From Alphaproteobacteria bacterium (GTDB lineage: Bacteria; Pseudomonadota; Alphaproteobacteria; MPNO01; UBA830): DNA of 64,000 bases. Below, one piece after another: positions 51,373 through 62,091 of this stretch. The notes below the pieces were generated by a model. The model was given only the letters and a program-made list of their open reading frames with translations, was not told the origin of the DNA and searched no databases. The DNA is taken from NCBI GenBank assembly GCA_965243135.1, contig OZ251539.1, positions 5,248,001 to 5,312,000 on the forward strand, in the 5' to 3' direction. The position numbers and the translations under genes were made by a program. Position 1 is the stretch's first letter; every line of letters begins with the position of its first letter.

Positions 51373-51814
51373 TTTGCGGATCTGCAACGGAAAGCCGCCG
51401 GCCAACCAAAAGCGCTGCGAAGGACGAGTCGTTGGACCCGAACGAAAACGGCGAGTTGTCCGAATGTCGCGCAAGTGGACGGGTCGCGGCGACGGCGGCG
51501 CGAATTGGCGGCAGACGGCAAAGTTTACGGTTGGGACGCATCGCGAATTGTCGTCGACAAGGCCGCGAGAATATTCTCCTGGCGGTTCTCCTTTCGAAGG
51601 CGACGAGGTTCGCGGCAGGGATTCTCCGATCTCGGCGGGATTTCGCTACGAGGCCCGGCGACCGCTTCTTCCGTGCGTCCGCTGCCTTTGTCGGGGGAAG
51701 TCCGGGGAATTCTCGCCGGCTCAATGCCGGAGTCCGTCCGCGCGTCCGTCTATAATGCCTTGAAGGCGGTTTCCGGCGAGCCGGCAATGAGCCGCCTACA
51801 ACGCGGAGGACGCG

Positions 51815-52603
51815 ATGCTCACGCTCTATCACAACGGCATGTCGACCTGCTCCCAGAAGGTCCGGCTTGCGCTCGCCGAAAAGGATCTCGAATGGGAAGA
51901 CCGCCACCTCGACCTCCGGGCGGGCGAGACCCACACGCCCGAATATCTCGAACTCAATCCTCGGGGCGTCGTGCCGACCCTCCTCCACGACGGGCAGGTC
52001 GTGCGCGAATCCAACGTCATTCTCGAGTATCTCGACGACGCTTTCCCCGACCCGCCGCTTCGGCCCGGCTCTCCCATCGGCAGAGCGCAAGTCCGCCTGT
52101 GGCTCAAGCGGCTCGACGAGGGCCATCACGATTTGGCGACCTCCACCCTGAGCATGGCGGTGGCGTTCCGCCATCAGTACCTCGCCAAGGGAACCGCGGA
52201 GAGCGCCATCGCAAGCGTGCCGGATCCCGTGAGGCGGGAACGCCGCCGCGATCTGATCCGCAACGGCACCGAAGCGCGCGAATTCCCGACGGCGATCGGC
52301 ATGTGGGTGCGTCTGCTCGAAGATATGGAGACGGCGCTGCGCGACAGCCCTTGGCTCGCAGGCGAAAGCTATTCCATCGCCGATGCCGCCTGGACGCCCT
52401 ACATCGTTCGTCTCGATCACCTTCGCGCGCTCGAGCTTGTCGCCCGAAAACCCCGCCTGATCGACTGGCATGCCCGCGTGCAGGCGCGTCCCGCCTACCG
52501 GAAGGCGATGACCGACTGGTTCTCGCCCGACTATCTCTCGCTGATGGCGGAAAAGGGCGAGGAAGCCTGGCCGCGCATTGCGGAGATCGCGGCCAAGCTA
52601 TGA
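51815..52603 (+). CDS. Glutathione S-transferase family protein
   Basis: STCSQKVRLAL, LNPRGVVPTL, ESNVILEYLD, YSIAD; GGAGG RBS. Confidence 0.92.
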   Translation: MLTLYHNGMSTCSQKVRLALAEKDLEWEDRHLDLRAGETHTPEYLELNPRGVVPTLLHDGQVVRESNVILEYLDDAFPDPPLRPGSPIGRAQVRLWLKRLDEGHHDLATSTLSMAVAFRHQYLAKGTAESAIASVPDPVRRERRRDLIRNGTEAREFPTAIGMWVRLLEDMETALRDSPWLAGESYSIADAAWTPYIVRLDHLRALELVARKPRLIDWHARVQARPAYRKAMTDWFSPDYLSLMAEKGEEAWPRIAEIAAKL

Positions 52604-52607
52604 CGGG

Positions 52608-53522
52608 TCACGGCCCGAGAAAGGCAATCCACAACGGCAGGGTGATGACGGCCAGCGCCGTCTGCATGGTGAGCATGCCGGCCATCAGCAGTGCGTCGCC
52701 GCCGAGTTGACGCGCCAGAATATATGCCGCCGGCGCCGTCGGAAGAGCGTGGAATATCACCAATACCTTCGTCGCGGTGTCGGAAAGTCCCAGCGTCCAG
52801 GCCAGGGCCAGCGCGATCGCCGGCATCGCGACGAGCTTCAGCGCACAGCACAACGCGACCCAGAAACGCCCGGCGCGAACCGCCATAAGGTCGAGCCCGG
52901 CGCCGACGCAGAGCAGGCCGACCGGCGGCGCCGCGCCGCTCAGCAGTTCGAGAACGCCCTCGAAAGGGGCGAGAGAGCCGAAACCGGAAACGTTGGCGGC
53001 TATGCCGAGAACGCAGGCGAGTATCAGCGGATTGCGGCACATTTCCCGGATTGCGGCGACGACGCCGACCCTGCTCCCGCCGTATCGCGCGAGCGTCCAG
53101 ACGCAGACCACGTTGATGAAGGGCACCATCACGCCGATGAACAGGGCGGCGAGCGCGAGCGCTTCCTCTCCGAAGAAGGCGGCGACGAGCGGAATGCCGA
53201 CGTAGGTGTTGAAGCGAACCGCCCCTTGGAGCAGAGACGTGAAACCCGGCCCGTCGAGGCGGAGCAGCGGGCGAACCGCCAGCAAGGCCAGCGTCATGAG
53301 AAGGGGCGTGCCCGCGACGCCGACCGCCATCGCGCCGACGGGCAGCCCGCCAAGGTCGGCGCGCGCCAGACTGAGGACCAGCAGCGACGGAAACAGCACG
53401 TAATAGGTCAGCCGTTCGACCGGCGGCCACGCCGCGGCCGGAAAAAGCCGGGTGCGGCGCAGGCAGAAACCCGCAACGACGATCAGAAAGATCGGCGCAA
53501 TCGTGACGCTGACGACGAGCAT
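52608..53522 (-). CDS. AEC-family transporter
   Basis: LTYYVLFPSLL, RFNTYVG, NPLI, PTAPAAYILARQLGGD. Confidence 0.88.
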   Translation of the reverse strand: MLVVSVTIAPIFLIVVAGFCLRRTRLFPAAAWPPVERLTYYVLFPSLLVLSLARADLGGLPVGAMAVGVAGTPLLMTLALLAVRPLLRLDGPGFTSLLQGAVRFNTYVGIPLVAAFFGEEALALAALFIGVMVPFINVVCVWTLARYGGSRVGVVAAIREMCRNPLILACVLGIAANVSGFGSLAPFEGVLELLSGAAPPVGLLCVGAGLDLMAVRAGRFWVALCCALKLVAMPAIALALAWTLGLSDTATKVLVIFHALPTAPAAYILARQLGGDALLMAGMLTMQTALAVITLPLWIAFLGP

Positions 53523-53530
53523 GCCGGCCG

Positions 53531-53986
53531 TCAGCGGGACAGGAAGTCGAGGAGGCCCTGGAGGACGAACTGGGCCGCCATCTTGTCGATCACTTCGGCC
53601 CGGCGTTTTCGCGTGACGTCCTGCGCGATCAGATGCCGTTCCATGGCGCGGGTCGACAGGCGTTCGTCCCAGAAGCAGATCGGCAGGTCGGTCAATTCCG
53701 CCAGGTTGGCGCCGAACTGGCGCGCCGACTGGCATCGCGGTCCTTCGCTGCCGTTCATGTTGACCGGCAGACCGATGACGATGCCGCCGACCTCGTAATC
53801 GGCGGCGGTCTCGATAATCCGATGCGCGTCCCCGGAGAACCGGGTTCGCCGGATCGTCGTCAGCGGCGTCGCGATCTTGAGGCCGTCGTCCGAGACTGCG
53901 ATGCCGATGTTCTTCGTTCCCAAGTCCAGGCCCAGAAGGCAGGTGCGCGGTGCGGGTCGAATCTGGGCCGTTTCGACGATTGGCAT
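53531..53986 (-). CDS. ruvX: YqgF/RuvX family nuclease
   Basis: LGLDLGTKNIGIAVSD, GLPVNMNG, WDERLST, IDKMAA. Confidence 0.95.
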   Translation of the reverse strand: MPIVETAQIRPAPRTCLLGLDLGTKNIGIAVSDDGLKIATPLTTIRRTRFSGDAHRIIETAADYEVGGIVIGLPVNMNGSEGPRCQSARQFGANLAELTDLPICFWDERLSTRAMERHLIAQDVTRKRRAEVIDKMAAQFVLQGLLDFLSR

Positions 53987-54375
53987 CAGGCGGTTCGTTT
54001 GTTGTAGCGCACTGCAAACGCACGGCGAATTCGGACATTGGCGATCCGCGCTGTTTCCGTCGCGTTGCTGATTCTCGCCGACATCACGCGGTTTTCCATC
54101 ACCGGGATCGTTCGCGCAAGCGCTGCGCGCTTTGCTTCGAGACTATCCCACGCTTTTTTGTGCAACGGAGTGTTCGTTGGAACCAATTTGCGGCACTGGT
54201 TCGGAGGCCGCAGACTGCGGGCCCCGTGAGGCTGAGTTGGGGGCGTGGTATGCCACTTTGCGGTAGGCAGAAGCGTCCCACCGCTTCTATACCCTGACCC
54301 GCCAGCCAGCCCTTGTTGCCCTTACGACAGAGATCGCCGCCCGTCTGTGTCGTACTCTGGGGTTGATGACGGGCA

Positions 54376-57300
54376 TTAGGTGTATCCGGCGTGCGGGGGA
54401 AGCTGTCCGCCAGCCGTAGAGGGACCGGACGACGAAGGTACATCCCCGCGTGTGCGGGGGAAGCTCGGTCCACAGCGCGTCGACCGCGTTGACGAAAGGT
54501 ACATCCCCGCGTGTGCGGGGGAAGCACGACTAGGGCGATTTGCTTCACGGTATAGTCGGGTACATCCCCGCGTGTGCGGGGGAAGCATGCCGGGGGAACG
54601 CGCAACGCATCCCCCCGGCGGTACATCCCCGCGTGTGCGGGGGAAGCTTCCGGCCCGGCCTGGAGAATCCGCCTGCTCGGGGTACATCCCCGCGTGTGCG
54701 GGGGAAGCTTTCACTGGCCGTTTCCGGTACCGCGTTTATCGGGTACATCCCCGCGTGTGCGGGGGAAGCATAGAATCTTTTGAGAAAAGAACGTTTATTA
54801 CGGGTACATCCCCGCGTGTGCGGGGGAAGCCGGATCCTGCTGTGCGCCGAGCGCGTGGCGGTCGGTACATCCCCGCGTGTGCGGGGGAAGCTGATATGAG
54901 ATTCACGGACGTTTTGGCGGTTGGGGTACATCCCCGCGTGTGCGGGGGAAGCTTCGGCCGGTAGAAAGGTCATGCATCCAGCTCAGGTACATCCCCGCGT
55001 GTGCGGGGGAAGCGCCGCGACAAACCGAGGCGACCACCTCGTCCGGGGTACATCCCCGCGTGTGCGGGGGAAGCCGAGCGATGACCGCAATTCCGAGACT
55101 GCAACCGGGTACATCCCCGCGTGTGCGGGGGAAGCCTGGCGCCGGCGGACGAACATGACGGCCCGCGCGGTACATCCCCGCGTGTGCGGGGGAAGCTTCT
55201 CCAGCGTTTGCGAGCATCACATGATGCCGGGTACATCCCCGCGTGTGCGGGGGAAGCCGTCTTCCACCGACGGCAGCCCGTGCACGATGCGGTACATCCC
55301 CGCGTGTGCGGGGGAAGCCGGTTCTGACGGCCGCGGAAGCGCGGAAGGCTGGGTACATCCCCGCGTGTGCGGGGGAAGCATGCAGACTAAGGCTTGAAAG
55401 GCTTGCGGTTTACGGTACATCCCCGCGTGTGCGGGGGAAGCCTTCCTGAAAGGATAACGGACATGACCAAGACGGGGTACATCCCCGCGTGTGCGGGGGA
55501 AGCGAGCTCGCGTCGGACCTCCTCATGCGCCTCTCGGGTACATCCCCGCGTGTGCGGGGGAAGCACCTTGAAGCTGGCCGGCTGACCCTTCGACAAAGGT
55601 ACATCCCCGCGTGTGCGGGGGAAGCTACCGGCGATAACGGCGATAACGAGAAACAAAAGGTACATCCCCGCGTGTGCGGGGGAAGCCGTGAGACTTCATA
55701 ACTCAGACTCCCATATGAGGGTACATCCCCGCGTGTGCGGGGGAAGCAAGGTGACGTGTTCGATTACTTCGACCCGGACGGGTACATCCCCGCGTGTGCG
55801 GGGGAAGCAGCCCGAACCAGTCGCGCCCGCGCTTCCGCAACGGTACATCCCCGCGTGTGCGGGGGAAGCCGCGGCCTGCGCAATCTCTTCGTCGTCAGGA
55901 AAGGTACATCCCCGCGTGTGCGGGGGAAGCCCTACGGAAGCGAGTCCCTGGTACTGCGTTTCGGGTACATCCCCGCGTGTGCGGGGGAAGCCGTCACAAC
56001 GGGAGATAAAAAGATGACGACCACGGTACATCCCCGCGTGTGCGGGGGAAGCCTGGATCGCCGACGGCGGAATGCCGTTCAACTTGGTACATCCCCGCGT
56101 GTGCGGGGGAAGCCGGAAAAACTGGTGGGACAACTGCACGCTCCGCGGTACATCCCCGCGTGTGCGGGGGAAGCTGCCGACAGCCAGAATGTCCCTGAAC
56201 CGCATCGGGTACATCCCCGCGTGTGCGGGGGAAGCTCCTCAACATGATCGAAAAGAAGGGCGTTACCAGGTACATCCCCGCGTGTGCGGGGGAAGCCGCG
56301 CTCTGACGTTTTCCGGCAATTTTGCCGAGGGTACATCCCCGCGTGTGCGGGGGAAGCGTGATGTCGACCCACAACGGGGAATCGAATCCGGGTACATCCC
56401 CGCGTGTGCGGGGGAAGCCCGCCGTTCCCGGCGGAAGTCGAACCAGCATCAGGTACATCCCCGCGTGTGCGGGGGAAGCGCGTTGCGTTCGACGATTTGC
56501 CCTTCCAGACGGGGTACATCCCCGCGTGTGCGGGGGAAGCGTGGGCGCCTACGCGCGGGAGCGCGACGCCCATGGTACATCCCCGCGTGTGCGGGGGAAG
56601 CCTCGTCCACTGCCCCTCGACCAGGAACTCCAGAGGTACATCCCCGCGTGTGCGGGGGAAGCGATAGCGAGGCCGTCGAAGAAGCGGAGGAGGGCGGTAC
56701 ATCCCCGCGTGTGCGGGGGAAGCGCCGGGCGATACCGGCGGACGTGCTGTACCACGGGTACATCCCCGCGTGTGCGGGGGAAGCCCGTCCTGGACCGCCG
56801 GGATCGTCCTGCAGCTGGGTACATCCCCGCGTGTGCGGGGGAAGCGGGATCGTCCGGGTCCGCACGGGCAAGCGCACCGGTACATCCCCGCGTGTGCGGG
56901 GGAAGCTCGAACGCCGCCTGGCGTCGCGCCGTCCGGTCGGGTACATCCCCGCGTGTGCGGGGGAAGCCAGCGTCGACCAGACCAAGCGGGACGGCTACGC
57001 GGTACATCCCCGCGTGTGCGGGGGAAGCTACGGCCGCGCGCGGGTCCAGGTGCAGACGCACGGTACATCCCCGCGTGTGCGGGGGAAGCAGCTGGCAGTT
57101 GGTGAAGGTGGACGAAATATCGGGTACATCCCCGCGTGTGCGGGGGAAGCGAAATCGCCAACCGGACGGTCAAAGCGCATCGGGGTACATCCCCGCGTGT
57201 GCGGGGGAAGCTGACGATTGCCGGCGGACGCGGACCCGCAACCGGGTACATCCCCGCGTGTGCGGGGGAAGCTCACCCGGTAGACGCAGGCGGCGCGCTT

Positions 57301-59163
57301 CGAGGGGTACATCCCCGCGTGTGCGGGGGAAGCGTCGCGGCGGCGATCTCCGCGGCATGAGCGAGGGGTACATCCCCGCGTGTGCGGGGGAAGCGACGAG
57401 GCCTGCCAGACGTCGCCGCCCGGAGAGGGTACATCCCCGCGTGTGCGGGGGAAGCGTCCCGTCCGAGGCCGACCGCGGCAGCCGGATAGGTACATCCCCG
57501 CGTGTGCGGGGGAAGCCGGTCGTCGGTCGACCCGAGAGAGATCTCCCGAGGTACATCCCCGCGTGTGCGGGGGAAGCGTCGCGCCATTCGCGTTCGCTGT
57601 AGGGCGTGAGGGTACATCCCCGCGTGTGCGGGGGAAGCCATGCAGGGAATAAAGCTTCTATACCTGACTGAGGTACATCCCCGCGTGTGCGGGGGAAGCC
57701 GCTTTGTCAATCCCTAACCGAATCAAGCTGAAGGTACATCCCCGCGTGTGCGGGGGAAGCCATCCAAGAAAGTCACTCATCGCCCCGTAGGCGGGTACAT
57801 CCCCGCGTGTGCGGGGGAAGCGCGATGGGAGCCGGCGTGATGCCGGAAGTGATCGGTACATCCCCGCGTGTGCGGGGGAAGCGTGGAGGAAGCCCGGGCA
57901 CGGCTCGGGATGATGGGTACATCCCCGCGTGTGCGGGGGAAGCTAGGCCAGTCCGCTGTCGCCGCCGAAGCCGTCCGGTACATCCCCGCGTGTGCGGGGG
58001 AAGCCGTCGACGCGGTGGTCACCGATCCGCCGTATCAGGTACATCCCCGCGTGTGCGGGGGAAGCGCGCCGGACTGGTCCGACGAGGCGCCGGTGAACGG
58101 TACATCCCCGCGTGTGCGGGGGAAGCGCGTTGCGGTCGTCGCGCGCCCACCGGGCGCCGGGTACATCCCCGCGTGTGCGGGGGAAGCGTCAGCAGGTCGA
58201 TCGTCTCCGGCTCCAGGGCGGGTACATCCCCGCGTGTGCGGGGGAAGCACCGTTCCGCACTTCGCCCGGTCCGCCGTCCAAGGTACATCCCCGCGTGTGC
58301 GGGGGAAGCGGCGATCACCGAGCGCGACGACGGGTCGGGAGCGGTACATCCCCGCGTGTGCGGGGGAAGCCGAAAGGCGTAAGGGCGACGGAGCGCGAAA
58401 TAAGGTACATCCCCGCGTGTGCGGGGGAAGCGTCGTCAGGCGGTAGATCGGCAGCTCCACCCAGGGTACATCCCCGCGTGTGCGGGGGAAGCCGCTCACC
58501 GGCGCTCGCATCGCTTTCAACACCAGGTACATCCCCGCGTGTGCGGGGGAAGCGTCTGGAGATAGCCGGCATACGACGCCAGTTGCGGTACATCCCCGCG
58601 TGTGCGGGGGAAGCCCCGCCGCACCTCCTCCAGCACACGGCGATCCAGGTACATCCCCGCGTGTGCGGGGGAAGCCGAGGGAAGTCGGGGGTCCGGACCT
58701 CGCAAGTGGGTACATCCCCGCGTGTGCGGGGGAAGCGGTGAAGGCGTTCCTGGACAACTCTCTCCGCTCGGTACATCCCCGCGTGTGCGGGGGAAGCCCG
58801 TAGACCCGCGCCACTTCCATCAACTCGTAAGGTACATCCCCGCGTGTGCGGGGGAAGCCCCGGCGCCGGCGGTCGGCCTCAACCTGACGAAGGTACATCC
58901 CCGCGTGTGCGGGGGAAGCGAGGAATTTCTCAGGGCGCCCGGGAAGACGATGGGTACATCCCCGCGTGTGCGGGGGAAGCTTCGCGGTCACTTGTCGAGC
59001 GTAGACGACGTACGGTACATCCCCGCGTGTGCGGGGGAAGCCGCGATCGGGGCCGGGGAGCGAAGGCATCCTCGGGTACATCCCCGCGTGTGCGGGGGAA
59101 GCGCGGCGACCGTGCGGGCCATCCTCGAACCGTTCGGTACATCCCCGCGTGTGCGGGGGAAGC
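54376..59163 (-). CRISPR. Type I-E array, about 79 repeats and 78 spacers
   Basis: Core GGTACATCCCCGCGTGTGCGGGGGAAGC with period 61; degenerate copy at the left end, leader on the cas2 side. Confidence 0.97.
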
Positions 59164-59220
59164 CCTAGGAGGTAAGTCCCTAATACCGCTGAATATTCAC
59201 TTCGATATTCACGATGTCAA
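59164..59220 (-). promoter_or_regulatory. Short I-E leader with a putative promoter
   Basis: TTGACA (59220-59215, overlapping the cas2 stop)-17 nt-AATATT. Confidence 0.55.
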
Positions 59221-59537
59221 AGAGCGTGGCGGCGATCATCGCGCAATAGCCGCCTCGTGATATGCAAGCCGTCGTACTCCACCAAGTCCTTCGGCGGTTC
59301 GCCGAGCATTAGAACGCCTTGCCGGGGCGCAGCGCCCGGAGCCGCCCAAGTCATGACGACCGATCCCTGGCGATATGCGGCCCACCAGTCGTCGAGCACG
59401 CTCCAAACCCGCTCGCGCACGCCGGCGGACATGTCGGGCTGAGTGTAAACCCCGGGCGCGATCTCCAACATGCAGCTGGACAGGAAACCGCGAAAACGAG
59501 CAGGAACGTCACGGGTCACCACCACGCACATCGGCAT
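59217..59537 (-). CDS. cas2: Type I-E Cas2
   Basis: RFRGFLSSCMLEIAPGVY, VRERVW, DGL. Confidence 0.93.
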   Translation of the reverse strand: MPMCVVVTRDVPARFRGFLSSCMLEIAPGVYTQPDMSAGVRERVWSVLDDWWAAYRQGSVVMTWAAPGAAPRQGVLMLGEPPKDLVEYDGLHITRRLLRDDRRHAL

Positions 59538-60393
59538 CGAACAACTCCTTAATGCGACCAATCATCGCCGGGATCAGCTTCTTGCGGCGAAACTCCGTTC
59601 CGGCCAGTCGGCGGACATGCCGTTCCAGCGGCACGGTGGGCTCGCGCTCGTAAGCCCGCGTAGCGCCGAAGGCAACCGGGACAGTCACGTCTCCCCGGTA
59701 AAGGTCCGCAATATCCAGAACGAATGCGATGCCGGAGGCTTCATGGATGAAACCAAGCTGCGGCAGTGCTCCGACGCTGGTTACGGCGATGGAAGCGGCG
59801 GCCTCCACCGCCGTCGCGGCGTGGTTGATGGCTTGATTCGGCGGATCGGCCGCTGTCGGATCCGCGCGATCGTATCTCCGCCCCTTCCAGTCGATGCCGT
59901 ATTGATCGGCAATCGTCCGATAGAGCGTCTTCATTCGAGCGCCCTCGATCCCGCGCAACACGTCGAGATCGCGATGGGGCAGGATGCGGCCCAACCGCCA
60001 AGCGTAGAGGCGTCGCGTAACGCCGAGTCGGCTTGCGTCATCTGCCCAGAGCTGGGCTTGGCGGCGGGCGATGGAGGAGTTGTCTGGGCCGAGGGGTGGA
60101 GCGGTGTATGCTCGCACCCCGTCTTCGCCCACCGCCATCAAGCAGGTTCCATGCCGCGCGCAGAGCCGCAGCGCGTCGTGGCTGACGGTGCTGCCGGGGC
60201 CGAGCAGCAGCATCGAGACCATCTGAAAGGGGATGGCGTAATCGCCCGCTTCCAGGTCGCCGCCTCCGGTCGTCTGGAAGTGCAAGGTGCCGTCTTCGAC
60301 GGAAAGATGCCCGCGCGCGAGCCAAAGCAGGCCGTGGCGGTCGGCATGCGGGATGCGTGCGGTTTCGAGCCCCAGACGACCTGCCAGCACCAT
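59509..60393 (-). CDS. cas1: Type I-E Cas1
   Basis: LLGPGSTVSHDA, GEDGVR, LRGIEGARM, LGFIH, FVLDIADLY. Confidence 0.95.
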   Translation of the reverse strand: MVLAGRLGLETARIPHADRHGLLWLARGHLSVEDGTLHFQTTGGGDLEAGDYAIPFQMVSMLLLGPGSTVSHDALRLCARHGTCLMAVGEDGVRAYTAPPLGPDNSSIARRQAQLWADDASRLGVTRRLYAWRLGRILPHRDLDVLRGIEGARMKTLYRTIADQYGIDWKGRRYDRADPTAADPPNQAINHAATAVEAAASIAVTSVGALPQLGFIHEASGIAFVLDIADLYRGDVTVPVAFGATRAYEREPTVPLERHVRRLAGTEFRRKKLIPAMIGRIKELFDADVRGGDP

Positions 60394-60427
60394 GACCGTT
60401 CTACCTTGCGTTACGTTCGAGCGACGC

Positions 60428-61318
60428 TCAGGCTGGCTTCAGCAACAACATGCCGAAGCCGAAGCCGCAGTGCCGACCGACCCCTCTGGCCAGCACGCGG
60501 GGGAAGGCTTCCGGATTGACGATTCGCAACACGCCGGAGAAACGCACTTCCGGTCGCGTGAGCCAGCAGGATTCGCGGTTTTCGCTGCCGTTGCGGAGCG
60601 GCCGGCGTAGCAAGCGGGTGGAACGCCACGAGTCGACGCGGACATTGTAGCGGTCGCGCTCTTCGTCTTGGACGAGGGCGGCGGCTTGCGGCGCATCGCC
60701 TCCCGGCGAAGAAGCGAAGCGTTCGGCGAGCCACTGGACGTAAACATGGTCGCGACTGGGCACGTCGATACCGTTCTCCGCGGCGCGCGCCGCGACGAGT
60801 TGGTATGCGTCCATTTCGCGTTGGCCCTCGGCATCAAGAACGACGGACTTCATCGGGCCGTCGCGCCGGGTCACGAGCTGCCGCTTGGCTAGCCGCCGCT
60901 TCACGGGGCATGCCCTTAGTTCGAAGCGCAGATGGAGGCTCTCGGGCCATGAGGCGGGCATGCTCTTGGAACTGAAGCGGGGCCAGTCGATCATCGTGGA
61001 GAGATCGTCGCTTGCGAGTTTGGCCACCTCGCCTAGAGCGTCGGCCGTTCGGCGGGCGTAACCCCACACCTCCAACCGAGCGTCCCGCGGGTCGTGCCGT
61101 CGTTGCTCCCGTTGGCCGAGTGGCGGCGGACAGAACGGTCGTGGAGCCTCTCGGCCGAACAAGCCGGTCATCAGCGCGTGCAAAGCATAACCCAGGTCGG
61201 CGTCGCGTGGCTTGCCGCGGCCTTCGCCCGGCGGCGTTTCCAGATAGCCTTTCGCCGCCGCCCATTCGGCGAATCTGCGTGTTTTCACCGGTAATCGCAG
61301 AAGATGGAGTTCGCTCAT
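60428..61318 (-). CDS. cas6e: Type I-E Cas6e/Cse3
   Basis: DLGYALH, LRFELRACP, GVGRHCGFGFGMLLL. Confidence 0.9.
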   Translation of the reverse strand: MSELHLLRLPVKTRRFAEWAAAKGYLETPPGEGRGKPRDADLGYALHALMTGLFGREAPRPFCPPPLGQREQRRHDPRDARLEVWGYARRTADALGEVAKLASDDLSTMIDWPRFSSKSMPASWPESLHLRFELRACPVKRRLAKRQLVTRRDGPMKSVVLDAEGQREMDAYQLVAARAAENGIDVPSRDHVYVQWLAERFASSPGGDAPQAAALVQDEERDRYNVRVDSWRSTRLLRRPLRNGSENRESCWLTRPEVRFSGVLRIVNPEAFPRVLARGVGRHCGFGFGMLLLKPA

Positions 61319-62091
61319 GACTTGTCTTCCGTGACGTTGCCGAGCTTCATCCGTCGGCGCAGGACGACCCGCTCGCCGCCGTGCAGGCGGTTTCGCCAGT
61401 CGCGTCGATCGATCACGCGCAAGGCTTGCAAACGCTTGCTGTCTGATAACGTTCGTTCGTCCGCGATCGGCAATTCGATTTCGGGTTCGGGAGAGGCGTC
61501 TCCCCGCTCGATTTCGGCCCAACGGTTCGGAAATGCAGCCGGTGCCCGTGCAAGTGCGTCGGCCAGGCAGTCGACTGCTTCAATCAATCCAACCAGTACC
61601 GGCGTGGCAGGGAGGCACGGCTTGCGGCCGAGGAACAGTGGGCGCGCAGGACGATCCAGCGCGGCCCGCAAGTCCGTTAGTGTCGGCGCTTCGTCGGCCG
61701 GATCCAGCGCAACGGCGGTCAACACGTTCGAATCGGCGCGATAGCGGCGGTAACGGATATGGGTGCCGAATCGCGCATCGCCGCCGTCCCGGTGCTCGGC
61801 GCGTCCGTTGGTGGTCCAGCCGGGGTTGCGCAGATGCTCTTGGCCGAGATCGACGGTCTGGTAATCCGGCAATTCCCGCCCCTCCCTTACCAAGGCGCTC
61901 CCTACCCGTAGGCGGTCTTGCAAGGCTTGGGTCCGGTCCCAATTCCGATGGTCGTAGCCCAGTGCGTTTGCCAGCAGTCCGGCGATCTGGCTGAGCGTCG
62001 GGAAACGGCCGGTTGGCCCGATCTGATCGATCTGCGGTCCGCCGAAGCTCATCAACGGAGCTTGGAGGTGGAGGATCAGCGCGGCCATCAC
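61315..62091 (-). CDS. cas5e: Type I-E Cas5
   Basis: LQAPLMSFG, FPTLSQIAGLLANALG, PARPLFLGRKPC. Confidence 0.93.
   Translation of the reverse strand: MMAALILHLQAPLMSFGGPQIDQIGPTGRFPTLSQIAGLLANALGYDHRNWDRTQALQDRLRVGSALVREGRELPDYQTVDLGQEHLRNPGWTTNGRAEHRDGGDARFGTHIRYRRYRADSNVLTAVALDPADEAPTLTDLRAALDRPARPLFLGRKPCLPATPVLVGLIEAVDCLADALARAPAAFPNRWAEIERGDASPEPEIELPIADERTLSDSKRLQALRVIDRRDWRNRLHGGERVVLRRRMKLGNVTEDKS

Noticed and set aside
60428-62091. HNH-fused or otherwise variant type I-E Cascade
   Set aside because: Cas5 (258 aa) and Cas6e show no HNH motif, and the visible Cas8e C-terminus has none; cas3 is outside the window, so its absence cannot be claimed.
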